From the NCBI RefSeq assembly GCF_964355755.1, contig NC_092675.1:29670912-29734911 (forward strand): a stretch of DNA of 64,000 bases, in the 5' to 3' direction. Source of the DNA: Antedon mediterranea. Its lineage: Eukaryota > Animalia > Echinodermata. This document shows, piece after piece, positions 54,201 through 64,000 of this stretch (the stretch's first letter is position 1; each line of letters begins with the position of its first letter). The notes under the pieces were generated by a model. The model was not told the origin of the DNA and did not search any database. It was given only the letters and a program-made list of their open reading frames with translations. The position numbers were made by a program, and so were the translations under genes.

Positions 54201-55466
54201 CCATTTTGAATTTATGCCAATTAACCCACTTTCCGGTGTCCGATTTCGATAAATTTTGGATATGATGTTTATTTGGACTATATCAACTAGACAACACATT
54301 TCTGTTGCATTTAACATATCTAAACGATTTCCTCTTCATAAAATGACTTATTTGACCTAATTTGACCTTTGACCCTTCATATCTCAAAAACGCCCCCTCC
54401 CCGTCGCGATCAACATTCATATTCGTATTCTACAGCCAAAATTACCCCAGAAAAAGTACATGAAGTAAATTCTGCAAAAAGTGACACCTACACCTCAAAT
54501 ACGACTGGTCTACTTCTATTTGTTTTGGCCTCACGATCGATCGAAAAGTGGGCGAATTACAGGTGAAAAACAAAAATATCAATCCGCGCGCAATGCATTT
54601 TGGGATTTATAGCGGGCCGCTTTTTTTTCACATTTTTAACCGTTTAAAGACAAAAAAAAGTTATCGCAATAGGATCATATAGTATTATTTTTACATTAAA
54701 TATAGTTTGTGATCTTAAATTAGATCTAAAAAACGTAGGGAATGGAGCTTTAAGTGTTGAGAATATTGTATTTTAGCGGGAAATGACACAAAATATCGGG
54801 AGACTATCGTCATTATCGGGATATTTTGTTATGTTTATCTAAAATATCGGGATAAATTATATTGTAGCGGGAGATTCCTGTCATTATCGGGAGGGTTGGA
54901 AGGTCATCTGCTTGTAGTCCAACATGTTTATATATAGATTCCTGTCATTATCGGGAGGGTTGGGAGGTCATCTGCTTGTAGTCCAACATGTTTATATGTT
55001 TTTTTTTCATTTCAGGTGTACGACCAACATATAGCATTGTGTAGACTTGAAGGTAGTTAATTTTAGATATATTATAATACTACTTAAAATGATTGCAACT
55101 AAAATACAAGTGTTGATTTGTTGACTTAACCTTTAACCTCAGTTTCACTTTGTATTGTGTTATTTTAAAACAATGCTATTGTGTTGAATTTTGGCCAAAA
55201 TAGACTATACAAGTTTCTTATATTGTTTCTAATACTTTAGGAACAATAAATTGGAATTATGAAATAAATTGATAATTTTTTTCTAAATTATCCGAATTTC
55301 TTTTAAAACAGGAAAGACGCCACCATCTGCTTCTGAACTAGCAACACTCTGTTTCCGCTTGGCTAGCTGCCGTCTCCTTTTGGTAGAGAATGGTCGTCAG
55401 GATATACATCAACGCATTCGCTTAAACATTAGCCAAGACGATGTGCTGTATGCTCTGCGCACATAA
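42263..55466 (+). CDS. ORC1: Origin recognition complex subunit 1 (~807 aa, 14 exons)
   Basis: Exons 42263-42339, 43042-43163, 43955-44142, 44694-44979, 45510-46158, 46474-46575, 46835-47006, 47488-47595, 48451-48600, 49193-49312, 49803-49972, 50172-50259, 55016-55052, 55312-55466; phase-consistent. BAH domain; basic disordered linker; [16 protein letters not shown]; Walker [14 protein letters not shown]; Walker B VLIVDELD; [10 protein letters not shown]; [14 protein letters not shown]; C-terminal WH ending DDVLYALRT. Confidence 0.96.
43350..43772. mobile_element. Degenerate TTAA-flanked MITE containing a 14-bp tandem array
   Basis: ttaa-agatatattttccccc...gggggaacaatacattt-ttaa, related to 23484-24045. 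Confidence 0.55.
43576..43720. repeat. 14-bp tandem repeat (caaaatggcctatt) x~10
   Basis: Direct reading; ORC1 intron 2. Confidence 0.95.
44278..44420. mobile_element. Harbinger-like MITE family A
   Basis: Family TIR and core. Confidence 0.8.
47119..47259. mobile_element. Harbinger-like MITE family A (left end eroded)
   Basis: Family core and right end. Confidence 0.7.
48888..49052. repeat. 21-bp minisatellite x~8
   Basis: catcaccagctgacggtctag tandem in ORC1 intron 9. Confidence 0.9.
50481..54749 (+). mobile_element. 4.27-kb non-autonomous DNA transposon, TTAA TSD, AG...CT termini (Kolobok-like)
   Basis: ttaa|agaccccttccct...agggaatggagct|ttaa; both ends shared with 30628-31121; no long ORF inside; fills most of ORC1 intron 12. 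Confidence 0.8.
52540..52935. mobile_element. Nested mariner-like MITE remnant with gggttactattag repeats
   Basis: Starts ta-ccgtaaatcttctaat and ends ..attagaagatt; repeated gggttacta(c/t)ta motif. Confidence 0.5.
54872..54998. repeat. ~64-bp tandem duplication
   Basis: agattcctgtcattatcgggagggttgg.aggtcatctgcttgtagtccaacatgtttatat present twice. Confidence 0.85.
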
Positions 55467-56153
55467 CGAATGGCACGTTGCCAATTTTAATACAGAGAGT
55501 TTATGCCGATGTTGTTGACTACAACAAAATCAATCAAACAAAAGTGTATTGACCTGTACTTGTGTTTACTGGAGTTTTGTTAACATTTGACATAAAGAGT
55601 TCAGTTATTTAATAGTCTATAATGTAATTTGATACAATTGTATTATGTATTATTATTATTATTGTAAATTCAGGAATGTACAATTTTTTTAATCAAGTTA
55701 ATCTTGCAGTACTTTTAAAGTATATTTTTATATGTTTCTCATTTTAAAACCAACGGATTATATTGATTTATGAATTTGAATACTGACCTAGATCAGCATT
55801 GTTTTCTTTGTGAATGTACTGTATTGTTTTTGGAATCACTTATTGATTATTGATCTATTTGATATTGATTCATATTGATCTGTGCTAGTGTTTTATTGTC
55901 AGTACACAAATAATTACAATTACTTGTTTATTATTAACACTTTCAAATTTTACAGCGTTTTACAAGTGATATTATATGATTTAAATTTTAATTTATTTTA
56001 TTGTCAAACATGATTCAATAAAGTATTTTATGACATTGTTTATTTGTTTATGTTGTTGGATGTAAAGTTTAAAAGAGTTTAATTAGGACACACCCAAGTT
56101 AATTAATATTATTTGACCTGGCTAATTTGCATACCTCATGTTGTTCAGTATTA

Positions 56154-56298
56154 AGGCTAATTTAAACATACAAGCAGTAACGGTAATTAGCGGGAAAACC
56201 GCGTAGCTTGTCCCACATAGAATCTGAATCTATCCTTAATGTAAACCGCCTGTCTTCTATATTTATTACCGTTACCGCTCGTCTGTGTAAATTGGCCT
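56154..56298. mobile_element. Harbinger-like MITE family B
   Basis: tta|aggctaatttaaacatac...gtctgtgtaaattggcct|tta. Confidence 0.75.
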
Positions 56299-56993
56299 TT
56301 ACAGTACAGTACAGTATTTCTATTGAACAGTAAAGGTGATATTGAATGGTATTATTGTATGTTCAACTAGAAGCTGGTGACTGGTTGAAAACCTACTCTG
56401 CGGCTTAAGTGAAAGCGCTGCCTTCTGAAATGATCCAGCCTTCTATTAATCCGCTGCTTCGAGGATAGAAGTGTGCTTAGATGTGTTTAAAACAAATAAT
56501 GATGAATGTTTTGAATTTGTTTGATTAATATTTTATTTACTTTTATCACATGAAATATTCTTTCAATTCAATTCTACTCATAAACCAATCATGATTTGTG
56601 TGTTTGGTATAACTATACTGAGGTATAGTTCCTGATTTATTTGGGCGCCATTATCGCATACTTGTTTTGGTGTTGGGGTGTGAGGAGAACCATTCATTTT
56701 TTACACTTAAGTTTCTTTCCTTTACAAAGTGTATGTTATTATTTTGAATGCACCTCTTAGTGTTTACCAGGTCAATGCATTGCTAATTTTACAGTTCAAA
56801 GAACTTAATTATTAACACAGAATAAACTCCCAATTAATTTCCTCATACTATTTTTAGTATGTGTTTTTAAAATGAAGTTCCTAGTATTATTGGCTAGACA
56901 TGCATGTCACGATTTACATAATATAATGTTACAAATTGACTGTAAAAAGAAACAATGAATGTTTACAAAATAATTGTGCAAAATCAAAAGTAA

Positions 56994-57073
56994 AGCTCTG
57001 TCTACACTTTCAAACTTTATTGTGAAAAAAAAGTTGAATTTGATTTAACTAGTTTCATAGTGAAGACAGAGCT
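56994..57073. mobile_element. Harbinger-like MITE family A, TIR-only derivative
   Basis: agctctgtctacac...gtgaagacagagct with the core deleted. Confidence 0.7.
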
Positions 57074-57504
57074 TTAGGATTTACCTGAATACTGTCCTTT
57101 TATATCATTGTACATATCGCAGGATTTCTTGCGTATGATTGCATTTAGACTTGTCAGTGGACAAACGGTTTTTGAGCCAGGTCATTACATCCATTGAATC
57201 ATTCTGGCCAAAACCACATATAATTAAAAAGTAACCATTGCAATCAATCATCAAATAAATGAAAGAACATCGTTTTACCAGAATAAATTTTAATATCTAT
57301 ATAATATTTAAATATACAAAATTTAAATAACTGTAGTTGCTCTTGTAATGTATATTTTTTAAATCACACTCTTGTTTACAACAAGACTAGCCATTTCTGG
57401 TTTATAAGTAAACAAATATATAATATAGTAATTACTAAATAAAACTGCCTAAAATATGTCTGTAGTAAATACTACGGTAGATATACAATAGAAATACATC
57501 TTGG

Positions 57505-57762
57505 TATATACAGTACTGTATGTAGGCTATATACAGTACTGTATGTAGGCTATATACAGTACTGTATGTAGGCTATATACAGTACTGTATGTAGGCTATA
57601 TACAGTACTGTATGTAGGCTATATACAGTACTGTATGTAGGCTATATACAGTACTGTATGTAGGCTATATACAGTACTGTATGTAGGCTATATACAGTAC
57701 TGTATGTAGGCTATATACAGTACTGTATGTAGGCTATATACAGTACTGTATGTAGGCTATAT
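57505..57762. repeat. 23-bp minisatellite x~11 with palindromic core
   Basis: tatatacagtactgtatgtaggc perfect tandem; core atacagtactgtat is self-complementary. Confidence 0.95.
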
Positions 57763-58776
57763 AAAACAGTTTTACAAGCAAAACATGACAGGAAACAAAT
57801 GCCATACATTTTGATAGATAACATCTGTCTTACAGTGACACCAATATAGTATTAGTTAGGACACACAGTGACATAATAATAAAAATACTAAAACAAATAA
57901 TAAACAAAATACAGAGTACCATAATAATATACAACCAATAATAAACATAATTAAATTAATAATAATAATAATAATATACGGTAAGTGGAAAAGGGACGCC
58001 AGCAAGTAAGCTTGAAATTGGGCGCCACTCTCAAAATACTTCAACATTTATATTATATTATTAAATAAATTATTAATTAGGACCATAATTGATAATTAAA
58101 TTATATTTGATTAAAAATATATAGGTCAAATTAGTTTTAATAAAAAGTGGTAATAAAGATACATACAATAACATATACATACAATAATTGACAGCTTGAA
58201 TTTATAAAAATATAAGTGTCCCACTATTAAAACTAATTGCTTTTAATCACTTTAACATTATTTTTTAATTGAAAACACAAGTTCACCCACCTTTCCCCTA
58301 TTTTTAATGTTATGTTTAATGTTTCCATGGTTACTGATAGGTCAAAGTTCAAGCTTGATTGAAGTCCAATATGTAGCAAGCTTCTGTTTGAATAGTAAGA
58401 GGGGATTCCCCATATATTTTAGCTGGTAATAGAGATCGATATATGCAGTTTGTTGCTTATTGTTACAGATGGCATTGTAAAATGAAATTGCATCATGTCG
58501 ATATTATATGATGAGCATAAAAATGTAAAGTGTTAAGTGTAGAGTGTATGTGCATGGAGGTATATACCTCCATGGTATGTGCAAGCCCCTAGACAGGATT
58601 TTTACAGCCGGTTATTTCCAACAAAAGGGGCAAAAATCGTCACAAGCTTGTTAGGCCTACATATACACCATTTTACTTCGCTGCTGGTCTTTAGTTGGAA
58701 AGGGCACAGGCAAAAGGAAGTTCCTTTGAACCCTCAAACCTCCTTGGCTTCTAGAGCACAATATGGAGATGTCTTA

Positions 58777-58927
58777 AGCTCTGTCTACACTATCAAACTT
58801 GACAAAAATAATGTGATGTGCCCATATATGGACATGATGATGTCATATCACTACCATATTTAAGCATATCACTACCATATTTTGGCACGTTATACTAATT
58901 TGAATGATAGTAGGTGTAGACAGAGCT
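58777..58927. mobile_element. Harbinger-like MITE family A, TTA TSD
   Basis: tta|agctctgtctacac...gtgtagacagagct|tta. Confidence 0.85.
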
Positions 58928-59278
58928 TTAGGTCTGAAGCCAAGGACCCAAAGAATAAAGTAAATCCTCATTTAACAGCACATTTAACAATATTGACTTT
59001 ATAACCCTCTCTATATTTATCTACATATTATTATGTACAGTACGGTAAGTAAAAATAATCCATTAAAATGAATACTGTGAGGTTTACAATATTGTTCACT
59101 ATCTAAATGTTCTTACATCCTCTATGTCATAATTATTTTCTTTTATACTCAACCTGAGTGAGTATGTGCCTGAAGATAAAACGATAACATCTGCATACAT
59201 ACTGTAGCTTTACACTAGGCATTATAGAAAGTAGAATGTGATACACTAAGGGTTGCAGTTTTGCATTGCGTAACAAAA

Positions 59279-59511
59279 CTATAATTTTGTATCAAAACTG
59301 TTAGAATTATTCTTTAAACCAAATTCATCCTTAAAATCAAATTCATTCTCCACAAGAGGTGCCCGTGAATGCTCTCGGACAACTGGTGGATGACTATTTC
59401 TGGGGCTGTTGAGATCTTCTTCTGAACTCGCCATGTCTTCGTAGTTGCCTACTTTTATGCCACGAGGAACGTTCAGAATCGGTGTGCCTGGAGCTTCTCC
59501 AAAATTAATTC
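59279..59511 (-). CDS. Terminal coding exon of an unidentified gene entering from the right (C-terminus ...NSFDTKL)
   Basis: Acceptor ..tatag| at 59512; GC-richer open frame GINFGEAPGTPILNVPRGIKVGNYEDMASSEEDLNSPRNSHPPVVREHSRAPLVENEFDFKDEFGLKNNSNSFDTKL*. Confidence 0.65.
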
Positions 59512-60396
59512 CTATATAATAATTAAAAGATTAAAAAAAATGAGGTTTCATCGAAAAAAAACCCAGTGAAATGGAATAGTGTCTCAGATGATATCACAGC
59601 AACGAAAACAAATCTATTGGTACTACCTATCTCTTTTGCATAGCATATGAAATGACGTAATTTCCACCTGGTTCGTTGGTTTTTTGGTTGTATAGCCCTT
59701 TACAGAAAATTTCTTTTTTATTATTATTATTGATTATTATTGTATAGTGCAGGGTGGGCCAATTTACAGGTCTATTGGTATGTACATGTACTGTATTTAC
59801 ATGCTTGTTGATAATACTGTACAATGGGACTATTTGATAATACTATATATTAATATCCCATATTCTTTCATTTTTTTTTAATTGAATGATAAACTATTTG
59901 TTATTCAAATGAAATTAATGTAAGAATGATTAATACAATTGAGTAACAGATGTGGTATTTGATAAATAAACTGTTTAATAATTTAATATTTTAATTAATT
60001 AGTATGAAAAATATATTCCCAGTATATTATGTAATTATTTTTTATTCATTTTCATTCATTCAACTTTTATTCATCATTATATTATTCTCATTTTTTATAT
60101 TTATTATTTTGTTCCGTTCCGACCACAAAAAGGAAGGAATAACAGTAAACTCTCCAAATTACCAAACATGGCTCAATCTAATACTCTGTTACTGTGGAAA
60201 TTCATTTTTTTATTTAATTTTAAGAATTTGGGACATTTTCTAGTCTGGGGAGAGTTTCTGATTTTTCTAGAGCCCAGTTTGAGAAAATTTGACTGAAACC
60301 TCTAAAACAAGGAGGGAATAAACTAAATAATATAACAACTTTTGAGAAACTATAATGAACATCATGTGTTTAAATCTATGCTATCTGATTGGTTAA

Positions 60397-60500
60397 AGCA
60401 CTGTCTACACTATGAAACTAGTTTGACAAAAAAAGTGTGATGTGCCCAAATATATTGTAGTGATATTCCCAAATATGGTAGTGATATGCTTAAATATGGC
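60397..60500. mobile_element. Harbinger-like MITE family A (partial)
   Basis: One TIR plus part of the core. Confidence 0.7.
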
Positions 60501-60792
60501 CATGATATATATTCAACCATAGCAATGAAAAGCCTTTTATGGAGGCAGCAATTTGAACTTTAATGTAGGTGTTATGATGACAGCTATCTCCATGGTTACA
60601 AGATGTTAGGCATGTGAGCCTGTGTTGTGGGCTCAGGGATGGATTGCTATAAAACATAAACTGATGGTCTTAACTCCCCAAGCTGGCTTTATCAGATAGA
60701 CACCCTAAAGCCATCCCTGTTAGACCATTGCTATAGAACAGTCTTAGCATTAGTCAAGGCAATTGTTGACACCGACAAACAGAGATGTTTAA

Positions 60793-60929
60793 AGCTATGT
60801 CTACACTATCAAACTTTATGTGACAAAAAAATGGATGTGCACATATATGGACATGATGATGCCATATCACTACCATTTGGGCACATCAACTTTTTTTTGT
60901 CAAATTTATTTGATAGTGTAGACAGAGCT
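60793..60929. mobile_element. Harbinger-like MITE family A
   Basis: Both TIRs and core. Confidence 0.85.
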
Positions 60930-61471
60930 TTAGACTCTTTGAAGACTAGTATGCTTTAATTTGAAAAACCACTTAAAGGTTAGATAATGCTATGACAATG
61001 GTCTATATAATAAAGACTATGTGTTACATCACATATTATAGCCGGCTATGGCGATATGATCGTTTATAGAAAACCCCCAGAGCTGCTATCACTATGACAA
61101 TGACAATGGCTCGGGTATGATGGGTAATAAAACCAATTCAGTAATCTGGATTTCTAAGTATATAGTTGTAGTTTCCAGATTACGTTAATATTTATAACAT
61201 TATTAGTCGCGTGGACACGACTCTATAGTTCACTATGTCGGTCGGTCGGTCGGTCTGTCTGTCGGTCCGGTATCACTATGCGTTTTAGCACGCGACTTAT
61301 GGCTGTTGGCCTTGTTAATTATTGACTCAATTTACATACTCACTCTACTGAGTTTTTGGGGCGGATCCAAGGAGAGCGCTTGGCTTGAATGCTCCTCCCT
61401 TTGACAGACTATTGATATTATTATGTTAGGTCTACCCCGTTTAAAAAATACTGTATCCACCCCTGCTATTA

Positions 61472-61631
61472 AGCACTGTCTACACTATCAAACTAGTTTG
61501 ACAAAAAAGTATGATGTGCCCAAATATGGTAGTGATATTCCCAAATATGGTAGTGATATGACATCATCATGTCCATATATGGGCACATCACATTTTTTTG
61601 TCGCATAAAGTTTGATAGTGTAGACAGAGCT
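61472..61631. mobile_element. Harbinger-like MITE family A, TTA TSD
   Basis: tta|agcactgtctacactatcaaac...gtttgatagtgtagacagagct|tta. Confidence 0.85.
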
Positions 61632-61887
61632 TTAGAATGCAAACTTTGGTAAACATTTGTACAAATTCATTCACAATTAAAGCAAGAAAACTTTTAAATT
61701 ATAAGGTGCCAGGCAAAAGTAGTACAGAATTTAAATCAATCCATTAAAAATCAAAACAATATTACATTTTCCATCAAACAAGAAATAATTTTCAATTCCA
61801 TAATTGTCAATGCATTACATACTCATGCTTAAATTTGCTGCAAATCATTATTAAACATAAACAGGATTTTGAAACAGGGTGAACATG

Positions 61888-62106
61888 AGGTTGAATCATC
61901 CCTGAACAACCCAAGATGACCCACATCAGAGAATTAGGGGTTGAATCACCCTTGAACCACACAAGATGACCCCAGGATGATCCCATCAGAGAACAAGGGG
62001 TTGAATCACCCATGGAACCACCCAAGATGACCCCAGGATGACCCCATCAGAGAACAAGGGGTTGAATCACCCATGGAACCACCCAAGATGACCCCATCAT
62101 AGAACA
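61888..62106. repeat. ~50-62-bp tandem repeat x~4
   Basis: ggttgaatcacc..gaaccacccaagatgacccca(ggatgacccca)tcagagaac units. Confidence 0.85.
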
Positions 62107-63761
62107 AAAACTTAAAATAAAAAACAAATGAAATATCCAATGAACAAGAATACCAAGCAGAAGGATGAAATCAAATCGTGCATGAAATGTGGTAGACCCA
62201 AAAATGAAGTACATATGTTGAAAAGAAATACATTAAACATTTCATGTTCTCCTCTACTCATCTATACTTCAATTTGGATTCACCGCCAACTGTTGAATGT
62301 GCAAGTCTGGTCACATTTAACACACCACTTACATTTATGAGGGAGGAGGAAGGGTCTTTTCAACCCCCTCATATGAGGAGTCCTCACAGCCCTCTGGAAC
62401 ATTGATCATTTGTGTGCTTGTATTTTCTTTGGGAACAGAAACAATTATATTATTGAATAAAAAATATCCACAGATGACTGTAACAATTGCTTAGGCTTTT
62501 CACCATAGAAATAAAATCAACACATGCATAATCAAAGTATCAGCCTCTTTTGTAAACACATCAATGTAATGTTAACATAATGAACACATTTGTAGAAGAT
62601 AATTCAGTATAAATTACAGGAAATCTACAGAAATAAAGCATATGTGATGTATACAAACACAGTTTTGAATTTTGAACCTAGATAAACATATTATAGTGTA
62701 TTCTAAATATTTACTGTACTGTACTTTGTTAAAATGGAGATGAATGGCATGAATATGCCCAACACACAATAAAGTGAATGACATCAAACTGCCATACAGA
62801 TGATTAGAATTATGAAAGTATTGAAAACTGCTATGTATTCAATTGCTAATGTGATTATGCAGAATGTACAGTATGGACAGACAACAGTGCAATGTAATGA
62901 TTGTAATTGGTGGGGAGAAAATATGATGAACTTAACAACAGTCAGGAGTGCATAGGGGCATGATTCTTCTTTTGACAGTTAAAATAAAATTATGAACTAC
63001 TTTTTAATATAGGCTAATGGCTCTCCATAGAGTTCAAACATTCCTGCCTCCCCACCCTGATTAAAGTCAGATCTATGGATAAGATGGGATTAACTTGCCA
63101 CATGAATATGATTTGTCATTCCACAGTATACTGGCAAAGTGAATAAGAAATAACAAACAGAAACATCATCATTCAACAGAAAATATTAATGTTTTATTTT
63201 TTATTTATATTTCAAATCATTTGAATCTTATACTTTTTATAGTAACATCAAGGAATTGTTAATCAAGTTAATTTTATAATTATTTGCCTTAAATTTATTT
63301 ATAAAAAAATTACTAAATACTGAAAAATTATTCTTAAATTTAATATTTCAACATTATTAAATATTAAAATCATCAAATATTCTGAAACCAGAAATTCGAA
63401 AATGTCTACTATTCCAACAATGTTGTCATTTGACATAGTTTATAATAATTTATTCCTTTTGGATTTTAATACAATTCTGGTTTCTAAGGAGTCAACTTGC
63501 GAATACAATGATATCATCCATTATATGCATGTATGTTGATTGGTATAACAACTTTTGTATGGTTTTATTATGTACCTAGACTACTAAATACTGCCCAACT
63601 TCCTATATTATAATATTATTATTTCCTATATATTCAATGTCTGTATAGAGGTATTATGTCAAGAGTTTATCATCTGAATATATGAAGCTTGTAGTAGTAG
63701 TATTAATATACAAAGCACCAATTTACTATACTGTATTTTTATATAAAACACCCAGTCAGGT

Positions 63762-63910
63762 TTAAAAAACATCAACTTCATCGCAAGATTTATCCACTAC
63801 AAGAGGTGTTTGTGAATTCTCTCTGCCAATATGTTTTCTGGGGTTGTCAGAATCTTCAACTTTCATATCAACATTTGACGTGTCATGAATTTCAAAAGCT
63901 CCCTCTATAC
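63762..63910 (-). CDS. Second terminal exon, homologous to 59279-59511 (probable alternative last exon)
   Basis: Acceptor ..aattag| at 63911 in the same phase; GIEGAFEIHDTSNVDMKVEDSDNPRKHIGRENSQTPLVVDKSCDEVDVF*; nucleotide similarity to the 59.3-kb exon. Confidence 0.55.
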
Positions 63911-64000
63911 CTAATTTAAAGATTCAAAATTAAGTTCAGTCACCATAGACAACAAAAGGTGAACAGAAATAAGCAATTGAATTGACTGATAGTTTCAAAC

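Noticed and set aside
51621-54566. Short ORFs inside the 4.3-kb element as a transposase
   Set aside because: No DDE, THAP or zinc-finger motifs recognisable; ORFs are short and on mixed strands.
60520-60760. GC-richer segment that might be an snRNA/snoRNA or a conserved SINE core
   Set aside because: I could not match it confidently to any RNA family by eye; an Rfam/Dfam search is needed.

Overview
AT-rich, intron-rich eukaryotic DNA, most consistent with an invertebrate deuterostome such as an echinoderm (inferred from gene content and repeat types). I hand-spliced four complete genes with frame-consistent GT-AG junctions. (1) A SAMD1-like chromatin protein (+, 8 exons) that also carries a second winged helix and a KAT6-type double PHD finger. 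(2) An ST6GalNAc III-VI-type sialyltransferase (-, 5 coding exons) with a long Lys-rich stem and an unusual C-terminal hydrophobic tail. (3) TXNDC12/ERp18 (+, 6 exons, CGAC, NDEL), whose last intron holds three tRNA-Cys(GCA) genes and a disrupted copy. (4) ORC1 (+, 14 exons), with a 4.3-kb TTAA-flanked non-coding transposon in intron 12. The right end has two mutually homologous terminal exons of an unidentified minus-strand gene. Non-coding DNA is dense in MITEs (Harbinger-, Kolobok-, Tc1/mariner- and hAT-like), LINE 3' ends and minisatellites. It also carries many apparent transposon excision scars: CATG/CATA-ended micro-palindromes between 7-8 bp duplications (P/Galileo-like), and TA-CAG-TA and TA-GGCC-TA scars with an uneven distribution. 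All family assignments come from motif recognition by eye; no database search was run.
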